Origin: a virus
Lineage: Duplodnaviria > Caudoviricetes
Length of the DNA stretch: 54,011 bases
IMG/VR virus record: IMGVR_UViG_3300024264_002174
Location: 1-54,011 of that record
Strand: one strand, 5' to 3'
The position numbers were made by a program, and so were the translations under genes. Below the pieces are notes generated by a model, which made no database searches, was not told where the DNA came from, and was given only the letters and a program-made list of their open reading frames with translations. Shown one piece after another: positions 37,043 through 46,764 of this stretch; position 1 is the first letter of the stretch; every line of letters begins with the position of its first letter.

Positions 37043-38701
37043 TTATTTGCTTAATTCTTCTACTTTTGCTGCTAATTCTTTTACTGCCTCAATTAATACA
37101 GCACTTAATTTAATATAATCTACTGCTAGATATCCATTTTCTCTTTCGTGAACTAGATCAGGATATTGTGCTTGTATCTCTTGTGCTTTAACTCCAATAT
37201 CATGTCCTGTTTTACTAGTAGCATCTTCGATACCTTCTTTCCAATCAAATTCGTATCCTCCGATTGCTTTTACTTTATCTAAAGCACCTGCTAGTGGTGC
37301 AAAGTTCTCTTTTAATCTTTCGTCAGAAGAATAGTATGCTGTAATGTCTCCTGATGCTCTTATTTCACCGGGAGAAGTTGATGGAGCTGTTCCTATACCT
37401 AAACAGTGAGCCTGTAAGTGACTACTAAACTGAGATGTACCAGTTCCGGTTACAGTTACTAATCCGTCACTATCTACATTATTAAACGTTACATCGTCTG
37501 TCGTTTTAACATCTTGGTTCATTGCATATAGCTCATTTGCTCCTTGACCTGTGTTAAGTGTTGCTCCTGCTATAGCTCCTGTAGTAGTAATAGTATTAGC
37601 TCCCATATCAAGAGCTTTATTCATATTCCATTTAGTACCGGAATGAGTATAAGTAAATGTAGCTGATGCTCCATCGACTGTAAGTCCTGCACCATCTGCT
37701 GCTGCTGAATCTGCTGATCCAGATGCTACTGTGATATTTTTATCCTCTACATTAAGATTTGTAACTTGTAGTTCTGTAGTCGTTCCTGTAACTGTAAGAT
37801 CTCCTGTCAAGGTAAGATTAGTAAAAGTTGGGCTGTCTCCTGCTCCTACACCGATTGATGTTCTGAGGGTTGCGCCGCTTTCAGCAACTGGGTCTCCTGT
37901 TCCGTCTCCTACAATCATTTCACCATTACCCAAAACACCCATTGCCGTAATAGCTCCTGTTCCAGATCCTAATAAGACTCCTCCATCAGTTAAAGTAGAA
38001 ACACCTGTTCCTCCATCGGTAACTGGTACATCTGTACCACCAGCACGGTATATTATATTACCTTCTATATTAACATTACCAGATGAAGCTCTAGTAAGTG
38101 TAGTATCTGATGCATGACCTAATTCAATTCCTGTTAGTTGAGGACTATCACCAGTTCCAACACCAATTGATGTACGTAATGTCGCACCGCTTTCAGCAAC
38201 TGGGTCTCCTGTTCCGTCTCCTACAATCATTTGACCGTCAGTTAAAACAGCCATTGCTGTGATAGCTCCTGTACCGGAACCAAGTAGTACTCCTCCATCG
38301 GTTAATGTAGAGGCTCCGGTTCCACCGTCAGTAACTGGTACGTCAGTACCGCCTGCTCTGTATATTATATTACCTTCTATATTTACATCCCCAGAACTAG
38401 CTCTTGCTAAAGTAGTATCAGATGCATGACCTAATTCTATAGAAGCGAATTGAGGAGTATCATCAGTGCCTAATGCATTTGAGTTTACGTTTACTCCATT
38501 AAATTTTATTTGACCTTGTGCATCACCTTCTGCTGAAGCTGAGATAAAGGTTGGTTTGCTTGTTATATTAGCGTACCCAACAGTAAGGCCAGTACCATCA
38601 CCATTAAAAGAACCAGTAAAGGAACCAGTAAAGCTAGAGTCAGCTACTGCTGCTCCAGGTTGGAATGTTAAATTAGAGACGCTAGGGCTATCTATTCTCA
38701 T
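37043..38701 (-). CDS. Tail fibre protein with C-terminal peptidase S74 intramolecular chaperone
   Basis: GDITAYYSSDERLKEN...F.W...G..AQE...P.LV...VDY..L...LIEAVKEL. Confidence 0.9.
   Translation of the reverse strand: MRIDSPSVSNLTFQPGAAVADSSFTGSFTGSFNGDGTGLTVGYANITSKPTFISASAEGDAQGQIKFNGVNVNSNALGTDDTPQFASIELGHASDTTLARASSGDVNIEGNIIYRAGGTDVPVTDGGTGASTLTDGGVLLGSGTGAITAMAVLTDGQMIVGDGTGDPVAESGATLRTSIGVGTGDSPQLTGIELGHASDTTLTRASSGNVNIEGNIIYRAGGTDVPVTDGGTGVSTLTDGGVLLGSGTGAITAMGVLGNGEMIVGDGTGDPVAESGATLRTSIGVGAGDSPTFTNLTLTGDLTVTGTTTELQVTNLNVEDKNITVASGSADSAAADGAGLTVDGASATFTYTHSGTKWNMNKALDMGANTITTTGAIAGATLNTGQGANELYAMNQDVKTTDDVTFNNVDSDGLVTVTGTGTSQFSSHLQAHCLGIGTAPSTSPGEIRASGDITAYYSSDERLKENFAPLAGALDKVKAIGGYEFDWKEGIEDATSKTGHDIGVKAQEIQAQYPDLVHERENGYLAVDYIKLSAVLIEAVKELAAKVEELSK
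37830..38460 (-). repeat. Tandem duplication of a 312-bp (104-aa) unit in the tail fibre
   Basis: IELGHASDTTL.RASSG.VNIEGNIIYRAGGTDVPVTDGGTG...ESGATLRTSIGVG occurs twice at an offset of 312 bp. Confidence 0.93.
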
Positions 38702-38741
38702 GAGTTATTTTGTTTTCGTATGAATTAGTCTTTTATAAATA

Positions 38742-39302
38742 TCACTTTTTTACTACAACAGTACCGTTGAACGTGGATGTAAAAGTAATATCTAATGCAT
38801 TTGCTGATGTCGTTGTTATTTCTGATGGTATAACTTGTGCTCTACTACTACTATATACTTGAACTATAGGATAATCTTCTGATAAGCTATGTGTGACAGC
38901 ATAAGAGGATGCACCTGTAATACTTTGTCTGTATGTTTGTGTTGAACCGGAAACTATATGACCAGCTTTTCCTACTACTACCCTACCTGTAGTGGATGAA
39001 AAGAATGTTGTAGTTACAGTATTAGTATCAGTAGTTACTATGCTACCAGGAATAATCATAGCATCGTTGTCATCGTAAACAGTTACCTGAACGTTTTTAG
39101 TTCCGAAATTATGTGATGTAGCTACTGATGTTTGATTTGAGAAAGAATCAGCAATAGTAGCTGTTTCTGAAATATCTGATGTTATTCCTGTTAACGCTGA
39201 TCCATCACCTTTGAAGTATGATGCAGTTACAGCATTGGTAACACTAAGATTGGTTAAATTAGCAGAAGACCCGCTAACTATTAGTTTTTTCCAGTTTGGC
39301 AT
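38742..39302 (-). CDS. Fibre/virion structural protein (WKK N-terminal family)
   Basis: MPNWKKLIVSGSSA; two H(N/S)(F/L)...VQV modules shared with 39634..40713. Confidence 0.65.
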   Translation of the reverse strand: MPNWKKLIVSGSSANLTNLSVTNAVTASYFKGDGSALTGITSDISETATIADSFSNQTSVATSHNFGTKNVQVTVYDDNDAMIIPGSIVTTDTNTVTTTFFSSTTGRVVVGKAGHIVSGSTQTYRQSITGASSYAVTHSLSEDYPIVQVYSSSRAQVIPSEITTTSANALDITFTSTFNGTVVVKK

Positions 39303-39311
39303 TTTACTTTA

Positions 39312-39362
39312 TATTATGGTTGGTAACTCAAACGAGTCCACTTCCTTTTAAGGCCGATAATA
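39312..39362 (-). ncRNA. Candidate structured leader RNA (three-way junction)
   Basis: Coding strand TATTATCGG-CCTTAAAAGG-AAGT-GGACTCGTTTGAGTTACC-AA-CCATAATA: a closing helix plus two hairpins. Confidence 0.4.
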
Positions 39363-39410
39363 GCTTTTATATAAATATAGTAAAAATTTACTAATTATCC
39401 TACTTAAATA

Positions 39411-39430
39411 AAAAAAGGCCCTGAGGCCTT
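39411..39430 (-). terminator. Intrinsic terminator
   Basis: AAGGCC-TCAG-GGCCTT followed by a T run. Confidence 0.75.
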
Positions 39431-39433
39431 AAT

Positions 39434-39628
39434 TTATTTTTTCATATCTGTCAACTTTTTAAACACAGTATAGAACATTTCAAATTCTACTCCTTTGTAG
39501 TTAGCTTGTCGTAATTTAGTTAAAACAAAATCTATTTCAGTAGAACTTAATTTAGAATTATTTGGTTTGTTTAAATTTTCAAAAGCTTCTTTACCTGTTT
39601 TAAAGTCTCCATTAGTAATTAACGCCAT
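39434..39628 (-). CDS. Small hypothetical protein
   Basis: 64-aa ORF directly before the terminator. Confidence 0.65.
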   Translation of the reverse strand: MALITNGDFKTGKEAFENLNKPNNSKLSSTEIDFVLTKLRQANYKGVEFEMFYTVFKKLTDMKK

Positions 39629-39633
39629 AATCT

Positions 39634-40713
39634 CTATGCATATATCCAGACAGTACCATCGTCAGTTTTAATATTTCCATTTTTTTGATATTCTGGAATA
39701 TCAGTATGACCTGCATCTATGTCTACCACAGCAGATACAAAAGCATCTGGAGCTACAGAAGTAGCACTGTGTGATAAAGAGCTAGTAAAACCAAATCTAG
39801 TTTCGTTGCTATCATAAACATAAGCATGTCCTTTAGCTCCTCCTTCATCAATTAAAATACCTCCTTCATCAGGGTTTGCAGATCCTGAGTTAAGTACTAT
39901 AAATTTATCCTCTACAAGTAAATTAGTAGTTTGAATAGAAGTAGTAGTACCTTGAACTGTTAAATCTCCTGTTAGTGTTAAACTAGCAAAAGTGGGACTA
40001 TCGTTTGATTGAAGAGTAGTAACATCTACATTTACTCCGTTTACCTTTATTTGACCCTGAGCATCACCTGCAATAGATGATGATACTAATGTAGGTTTAC
40101 TAATTAAGTTAGCAAAAGGAATAGATCCTGATACAACATGACCTCCTTTACCAACGATTATCCTACCAGAAGTGCTAGTATCAAACGTTACTGTAACTAC
40201 ATTAGTATTAGTAGTAGTTACTGTGCCAGGAATTATCTGTTCATCACTACTGTTATATACGGTAGCTAGTACATTTTTAGACCCGAAGTTGTGAGTTACT
40301 GCTACACTTGTTTGATTAGTAAATTCTTCAATTACAGTAGCATTTTGATCTACTGTTATATTAGTTAAAAGAGAACCGTCTCCTTTAAATATAGAAGCAG
40401 TTATTGCTCCTGTACCTAAATTTACTTGCTGGTTAACTAGACTTGCTACTACTTGTTCTGACCCACTTAATAAAGTTAATTCTAATTCAGTTTCGGCCGT
40501 TGATAGTCTGCTAGCTAACGAGGAACTAGTAGAGGTAAATGATCCTGATATATCAGAGGCAATTTGTGCAGAAGATGAAATAGTACCGGGTGCAGTAACA
40601 TTAGTAAGAGCAGAACCGTCTCCTTTGAAAAAGGAGGCAGTCACTGCATTACTTACATTTATGTTTGAAAGTTCGGCTGAAGAGCCGCTAAGTATTATTT
40701 TTTTCCAACTCAT
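39634..40713 (-). CDS. Tail fibre-like structural protein (WKK family)
   Basis: MSWKKIILSGSS; GDLTVQGTTT..TTNL.VED module. Confidence 0.7.
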   Translation of the reverse strand: MSWKKIILSGSSAELSNINVSNAVTASFFKGDGSALTNVTAPGTISSSAQIASDISGSFTSTSSSLASRLSTAETELELTLLSGSEQVVASLVNQQVNLGTGAITASIFKGDGSLLTNITVDQNATVIEEFTNQTSVAVTHNFGSKNVLATVYNSSDEQIIPGTVTTTNTNVVTVTFDTSTSGRIIVGKGGHVVSGSIPFANLISKPTLVSSSIAGDAQGQIKVNGVNVDVTTLQSNDSPTFASLTLTGDLTVQGTTTSIQTTNLLVEDKFIVLNSGSANPDEGGILIDEGGAKGHAYVYDSNETRFGFTSSLSHSATSVAPDAFVSAVVDIDAGHTDIPEYQKNGNIKTDDGTVWIYA

Positions 40714-40750
40714 TGTTCTATTTTATAAGGACTAGGTGATTAACTAACTT

Positions 40751-42148
40751 CTATACGTAAATGTAAGCGTTAGTTGCATCTACTTTAATATTTCCTCTCT
40801 TAGCTACTTTAGTATCAGTACCATCTTGGGAGTCTTCAGTGTCAACTACTAATGCAACGTATGCACTAGGAGTAGCAGCAGTAGTATCCCATGATATAGA
40901 ACCTGTAGCGTATGATAATCTATCTTTTGCTACATCGTAAAAGAAAGCTGCTCCAGTGTCTCCACTTGAACCTGATGAAAATACTAAACCTTGATCTCCT
41001 GTTCCAGAACCGGAATGTAATAAAATAAATTGATCTTCGACGTTTAGGTTAGTTGTCTGTAAAGACGTTGTTGTACCTTGTACTATTAAGTCACCTGTTA
41101 CTGTTGCATTACCACTTACCGTAACTCCTGCAAATTCAGGTGAATCGGAAGCTTGTAATCCTGTATTGGCATTAGTTGTAGCTCCGTTAGATACTACTCT
41201 AACAACACCCTGTGAAGGTGAGCTTAGGACTGAAGCAGAAACGATACCGTCAGTAGCACTAATCGTAATAGTATTACCTGATACGCTTGTACTAATTGTG
41301 TTATCTCCTGCAAGAGTAAATGTGTCTCCTCCGTCAATAGCGTTAGATGTTCCTGAATCAGCTGCAATATCAAATGATGTAGAGATTGCTACCGTAGAAG
41401 CTGAAGTAAGACGTCCTTGTGCATCAACTACAAATCTTGGTATAGCTGTAGTAGTACCGTAAGTACCTGCAGTTACTGCTGTATTAGCTAATTTAGCTGC
41501 TGTTACTTGATCGTCAGCAATGTGCTGTGTATCAATAGCTCCGTCAACTAAATGTTCGCTATCGATAGAATCGTCTGCGATTTTAGCACCATTGACTGAA
41601 TCATTACCTAAATGAGAATTTAGTACTCCTCCTGCTGCTATCCCAACTCCGTTAGAATCTAAATTAAGAGAAGATCCTGATCTATCTAAAGAAAGAGCAG
41701 ATCCACCTCCTCCAGTTAATCCGTTACCAGCAGCAGCGGTTGCTATTCTTACTGTTCCTGAGCTAGCTTCTAAACCAGTTCCTGCTAAAGGAGTAGCTAG
41801 TTGAGAAATATTAGCTCTTCCTTCAGTACCGTCATCTGATACTATAAATTTATCTCCTGTTTCTAAAGTTGCAGCAGTAAGATCTGAGCCGAAAGCATCA
41901 ATATCTAATGTAGTTGCTGTGATTCCAGTTAGTGCTCCACCGTCTCCTACGAATGTTCCGTTAAAACTACCTGTGTGTTTTAAACCGGTTGCTCCGGTTG
42001 TTGCTGCAATATTTCCTGTTCCGTTTATAGCAGTGGTGGTAAGGTTACCTGAAGCACCGGTTACTACACCGGATGATAGAGCGTCAACCTGAACGTTTGC
42101 TAGATTTGCTGTGGAGCCGGATACTATTACCTTTTTCCATTGTGCCAT
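40751..42148 (-). CDS. Tail fibre-like structural protein (WKK family)
   Basis: MAQWKKVIVSGS; V...KIAD short repeats, AGTYG...VDAQGRLT and GDLIVQGTTT. Confidence 0.72.
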   Translation of the reverse strand: MAQWKKVIVSGSTANLANVQVDALSSGVVTGASGNLTTTAINGTGNIAATTGATGLKHTGSFNGTFVGDGGALTGITATTLDIDAFGSDLTAATLETGDKFIVSDDGTEGRANISQLATPLAGTGLEASSGTVRIATAAAGNGLTGGGGSALSLDRSGSSLNLDSNGVGIAAGGVLNSHLGNDSVNGAKIADDSIDSEHLVDGAIDTQHIADDQVTAAKLANTAVTAGTYGTTTAIPRFVVDAQGRLTSASTVAISTSFDIAADSGTSNAIDGGDTFTLAGDNTISTSVSGNTITISATDGIVSASVLSSPSQGVVRVVSNGATTNANTGLQASDSPEFAGVTVSGNATVTGDLIVQGTTTSLQTTNLNVEDQFILLHSGSGTGDQGLVFSSGSSGDTGAAFFYDVAKDRLSYATGSISWDTTAATPSAYVALVVDTEDSQDGTDTKVAKRGNIKVDATNAYIYV

Positions 42149-42201
42149 AATACTTAGTATGTTTTAGTTAATTGTTATGTTAATAAATATTGAGTAAATA
42201 C

Positions 42202-42894
42202 TTAATCCACTGAGCCGAAATAAAAACTTCCAGATGTGTCGGCATATATACCGCCAACCGTAGCACTAGGAGCTGAAGACTGTGTAGTAAATATCACTAT
42301 ACCTTCGTTATCTATCTTAAATAATTCTCTTGATCCTGAGAATAGAGTAAATGTTTTACTATCTGAAATTTCTATACTTAATGAACCAGTTATAGCAAGA
42401 TCATTTGTTGTTGAGTAACTAGAACCAGTTTGTTGGAATATTGCTAAATCTACTACTCCATTAGTAAAGTGAGTAGAGCCTGTATTTATATTTACTCCTC
42501 CCTGTACTCCAATTCCTAATCCTGCATCTACTTCTAAAGTAGCATTTCCGCTTGAAGCACCTCCAGTCAAACCGTCTCCTGCAAATACTGCTGTGATATC
42601 ACCACTTCCTCCTCCTCCTCCTCCTGAGCTTGGAAAGTTAAATTCCGCAAATGATGCTGAATTACTAAAACCGCTATACCCAGGAGTTGAAAAAGCTATG
42701 AACTTAGAGGCTATATAAGTTTTAGTTTCAGACCTTACGTATATAACTTGACCGTCTTTAAGACGAGATTCGTCTAAAGCTCTCATAGTAGATCCTGAAT
42801 CGACTGTAGTCCATCCTCCTTGGACGTATTCAACAGCAGTAAATGCTCCTGTATCCCCTGATCTTACGTAAATGTCACCTGCTGTAGTTGGCAT
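42202..42894 (-). CDS. Putative virion structural protein
   Basis: Gly linker and GDITAV.AG.GLTGG fibre-type motif. Confidence 0.6.
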   Translation of the reverse strand: MPTTAGDIYVRSGDTGAFTAVEYVQGGWTTVDSGSTMRALDESRLKDGQVIYVRSETKTYIASKFIAFSTPGYSGFSNSASFAEFNFPSSGGGGGGSGDITAVFAGDGLTGGASSGNATLEVDAGLGIGVQGGVNINTGSTHFTNGVVDLAIFQQTGSSYSTTNDLAITGSLSIEISDSKTFTLFSGSRELFKIDNEGIVIFTTQSSAPSATVGGIYADTSGSFYFGSVD

Positions 42895-42906
42895 ATATAA
42901 TTAGTT

Positions 42907-45900
42907 TTATGGTGCTGACGCTGAGTCTGGCATCAAGAAATATCTTGAGTTGTTAGTATTTTTTCCTTCTGCAAAAATCATTCCCCAGTTATCTGATCCT
43001 TCTGTGGTATCCTTTACAGGAAAGTAGTATATACCCGAACCAACTGTTCCCGGTATAGAAGCATCTTTAGCATATAAATAGAATTCTTTAGCAGTTCCTG
43101 TACCATCTGGTGGTACTCCGTCATACATAGTTTTAGGTTTACCAAACTGATTACTTGCGCTTGGAAATACAATTACTACGTGTTGTGATCCTCCTGAGCT
43201 AAAATTAAAATATCCAAGAGTTGAAGTTCCTCCTGCTCCTGTATCGGATAATGTACTCAATGATGAAGAAGCAAGTAAGGTTACCTTAGCAGATGCTCCA
43301 TATGAAGATGTAAAGGAGCTTCCTATTGAACCACTTATTAAATGAGATATTAAAGAGCCTGATTCAACTGCTACTCCATCTCCTCCAGTGTCTCCTGCTG
43401 ATCCAAAAAATTGAGCTTCTGATGCTGGGTTAGCTGCCCAGTTTACTCCGTACCCGTATACTAATCCTTTTTGTGATACTATAGTTAAGTCCCTATTATA
43501 GCTTCTACTCTTGTTAAAGTTATCTACTATTGATGCACTATAATTATAAGTACCAGCTGTTAATGTACTTGCAGCTTGGATTTCATATGATGATGAATTT
43601 GCATTTTGAGGTACTGCTTTAAAAGAAGAAGCGTTCGTTCCTCCTAACGACATTGAAAAGGGAGTATCGCTTTCATCATCAGTTATAGATACAGATACTA
43701 AGTTAGTATTAATAGATACAGAAGCTGTAAAATCAGCTGTTTGGTTAGTAAATGATGCTGCTGGTGAGCTATTAGCAGTAATATTTACTGTAATGCTACC
43801 TGAACCAATATTATCATATTGATCTCTAAAAGTTATATTAGATGTATAACTATCTCCTGAACCAGATGATGAGCCGCTTACATTTTGACCTATAGTCAGA
43901 TTACCGCTATTGTTTACTACAATTGCAGCATTAGAAGAAGTAAAAGATTGTACTGCGGCAGAGTTATATTGAGGTGAATAAGTAACTCCTAAGTCACCTT
44001 GAGTTCCAGTTCTACCGTTAGAGTTAGTTACTATATTAGAGCCACTCAATGCAGATTCTATTATATAAAAAGTTCCATTAGTAGTTAAACTACCTATTGG
44101 TGCTTGATTTACAGTAAAGCTTACTGGTCCAGTACTGGTATCAAAACTACCTGTGTCAGATATAGAAGAAGTAAATTGAAAATCTCCTGCAGCTAAATTA
44201 GCACTAGCGGTAATTAAAAATGTAGTTCCTGATCTATTTGATCCTAAATTAGAGGATCCTGTAAATGTATATGAACTAAAATCTATTGCATCTCCATCAG
44301 GGTCCGAAAAAGATATAGTATATAATGTATTGCTTGTCCTTGCTCCGTTAGTATTTAAGTTAGCTGTAGTAGGAGTAGAAGTTATATTAGGTGCTGAGTT
44401 ATCAGTTACTGTAATTGTAAAAGTATCTACAGCGGTGGTTCCAAATGAATTAGATGCTGTTACTGATGCATTAAGGGTTTCCCCTCCTAAGTGAGAACCT
44501 GATATATTTGCTGATAAAGTTATATAGCCTGAGCTGTTTATAGCAAATTTTGATGTAGGATTTACATTCCAAGTAACTGATTGTCCGTTAGTCACACTAT
44601 ACCTTGCTGCGGTACCTGCTATTCCGGAAGTTGCTGTAGTAACACTTGCTCCGTTTAGTGCAGATTCTATAATATAGAAAGAACCGTTAGAAGTTATACT
44701 TGGTCCTACGTCATCTGCTATAGTTAATGTTATAGCTGCTGAAGCTGAGGTTGAATTGTATGAATCTGTTACTGAAGCGCTATAGATGTATGTATCTATA
44801 ATGTCAGAATTAATATTTTGAGATGATTTTCTAGTTATTACCCCATTTGAAGCCATCGAAAAAGGATCTTCATGCGGGTCAGACTGGCTTGTTCCTGAAT
44901 AAGTTCCTGTATTTACAATACTACTACCGTTTTTAAGTCCAGCTAAAGTAAAGTTTTTAAATACTATACTATCACCTTCAGGATCAGTAGCAGATATCTG
45001 TTTAGAACTATCTCCATCGTTTTCATCTTCACTAAACCCAGTTAATGTCTGATTATTTATTGTTGGTATTGTATTATCTACTACAGTTACTGTAATAGGT
45101 AAGGTATTTACTGAATCAGTATCTTGTCCAGCTTGAAAATGTTCATCTGAAGCAGTTATACTGAAAGAATATGAAGAAGTAGTCTCATAATCTAAAGAAC
45201 TCGTAGCTTGTGCTACTGATACGTAAGTTGCATACTTAGTTATACTAAAATGATTGCCAGGTATTGAGCTAGATTGAATAGTTATAGTGTCTGATTCAGC
45301 GTCAGTGAAGTATATCTTGGTTAACTCACCTGAAGATGCATTTTCATTTCTAGTTGTACTAAAAGAAGATATTATTGAACCGCCTGTCGAGGTTTCCCTA
45401 AATACTGGGGCAGCATTAGGTGTAACTCGTATATAAATTGTTTTATTTGTTGTTGCATTAAAAGTATCTGTTGCAGATACTATTATAGGGTGAGCAAGTA
45501 CGTCATCTCCTCTATTATCTGTATTAAATGATGCAGAAGCTAAGGAATTAAGAGTAATCAATCCACTCCCCGAAACTCTAAAGAGATCTGCAGTGTAAGC
45601 ACTACTTGTACTAAATGTTAATGACTGTCCCTCTGCATCTGACCCGGCTATAGTAACCACTGATGAACCAGAAGCTTGATATTCTTCAATTACCTGATTT
45701 CCAGTGCTTATAGAAGGGCTTGTATTAGGAAAAAACACAGCATTTAAGAAATCTACTACACTTCCACTAGTTCCTGGGTTAAAAGAAGCACTAAATAGCC
45801 CTCTAAGGTTTTCATTTGATACTATTCTATTACCATTAAAATCAACTTGATCTGATCCTGATAGTATGCCTGCTCCCAAATCAGCTATCTTAGCGTTAGT

Positions 45901-46716
45901 AAGGGTAAAGGAAGATCCTCCTCCTGATCCAAAACCAGCTGATGCTGCTGATGCTGATGTAAGATATCCTAAAGTAGTTATTTGAGCTGATGACGATACT
46001 GTCCCTGTAGGAATAGATGTTATATAGGAAGAAGTAGCAGCTTGAAGTGAATCTAATCTACTAGAAGCTGAGCTAGTAAAGGTGTTTAACTCACCTATAT
46101 CTCCAGAAGATGTAATGAATCCTAAATTCTCTATTTGAGCTGAACTACTAATGGTTCCAGCAGGTACTGAAGTGAGATATGAGGAAGTTGCAGCATTTAA
46201 AGCTGTAATACTTGTATTGGCTGAAGAGGTAAAGATATTTAACTGTGTAACATCACCTGAACTAGTAGCGAATCCAAGAGCTTCTATTTGAGTAGAACTA
46301 CTAACTATACCAGAAGGTTTATTACTTAAGTCTGAATAGCTTGAGACACCAGAAGAGGTTATAAACCCAAGCGTTTCTATCTGAGCTGATGACGATACTG
46401 TCCCAGAAGGAGCAGAAGTGAGGTAAGAAGATGTAGCTGCCTGTAATGAACTTAATCTAGTTAAAGTAGAGCCAGTAAATGTGTTGGTTGAACCACTAAA
46501 TTGATTTAATGGTAGTAATGAAACACCTACTGATCCCGCTTCTAACGTGGATATCCTAGTATCTATACTAGAACCATTTAATATTATATCTGATCCAGAT
46601 ACTTTTAGTGATCCTGTTAACTGTAATCCTAAATTACTAGGTCTAAACACAGCAGTAGTAATAGAACTACTTCTAAATATTAACGATCCCGATAATTCTG
46701 TGCTAAAATTTGTCAT
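42907..46716 (-). CDS. Large Ser/Thr-rich virion protein with cadherin/Ig-like domains
   Basis: LDYET..SYSF.ITASD and repeated D.EGD / N.AP patterns; N-terminal G.(V/I)SSS.QI..LG repeats. Confidence 0.7.
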   Translation of the reverse strand: MTNFSTELSGSLIFRSSSITTAVFRPSNLGLQLTGSLKVSGSDIILNGSSIDTRISTLEAGSVGVSLLPLNQFSGSTNTFTGSTLTRLSSLQAATSSYLTSAPSGTVSSSAQIETLGFITSSGVSSYSDLSNKPSGIVSSSTQIEALGFATSSGDVTQLNIFTSSANTSITALNAATSSYLTSVPAGTISSSAQIENLGFITSSGDIGELNTFTSSASSRLDSLQAATSSYITSIPTGTVSSSAQITTLGYLTSASAASAGFGSGGGSSFTLTNAKIADLGAGILSGSDQVDFNGNRIVSNENLRGLFSASFNPGTSGSVVDFLNAVFFPNTSPSISTGNQVIEEYQASGSSVVTIAGSDAEGQSLTFSTSSAYTADLFRVSGSGLITLNSLASASFNTDNRGDDVLAHPIIVSATDTFNATTNKTIYIRVTPNAAPVFRETSTGGSIISSFSTTRNENASSGELTKIYFTDAESDTITIQSSSIPGNHFSITKYATYVSVAQATSSLDYETTSSYSFSITASDEHFQAGQDTDSVNTLPITVTVVDNTIPTINNQTLTGFSEDENDGDSSKQISATDPEGDSIVFKNFTLAGLKNGSSIVNTGTYSGTSQSDPHEDPFSMASNGVITRKSSQNINSDIIDTYIYSASVTDSYNSTSASAAITLTIADDVGPSITSNGSFYIIESALNGASVTTATSGIAGTAARYSVTNGQSVTWNVNPTSKFAINSSGYITLSANISGSHLGGETLNASVTASNSFGTTAVDTFTITVTDNSAPNITSTPTTANLNTNGARTSNTLYTISFSDPDGDAIDFSSYTFTGSSNLGSNRSGTTFLITASANLAAGDFQFTSSISDTGSFDTSTGPVSFTVNQAPIGSLTTNGTFYIIESALSGSNIVTNSNGRTGTQGDLGVTYSPQYNSAAVQSFTSSNAAIVVNNSGNLTIGQNVSGSSSGSGDSYTSNITFRDQYDNIGSGSITVNITANSSPAASFTNQTADFTASVSINTNLVSVSITDDESDTPFSMSLGGTNASSFKAVPQNANSSSYEIQAASTLTAGTYNYSASIVDNFNKSRSYNRDLTIVSQKGLVYGYGVNWAANPASEAQFFGSAGDTGGDGVAVESGSLISHLISGSIGSSFTSSYGASAKVTLLASSSLSTLSDTGAGGTSTLGYFNFSSGGSQHVVIVFPSASNQFGKPKTMYDGVPPDGTGTAKEFYLYAKDASIPGTVGSGIYYFPVKDTTEGSDNWGMIFAEGKNTNNSRYFLMPDSASAP
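45950..46450 (-). repeat. Four imperfect coding repeats (G.(V/I)SSS.QI..LG), three preceded by AATSSY(L/I)TS
   Basis: Visible in translation; includes a 23-bp exact repeat at 45983 and 46382. Confidence 0.75.
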
Positions 46717-46764
46717 TATCTGCTTTTTTCACAAGATTTTTGAGTCTTGTTATAAATATCTCTT

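Noticed and set aside
45983-46404. CTGATGA hammerhead-like cores in a 23-bp repeat
   Set aside because: They are antisense to coding Ser-Ser-Ala repeats and lack a suitably placed GAAA and stems.
37043-46716. Diversity-generating retroelement or invertible fibre cassette
   Set aside because: No reverse transcriptase or invertase in the window. The repeats are in-frame with mainly synonymous differences, not adenine-specific changes.
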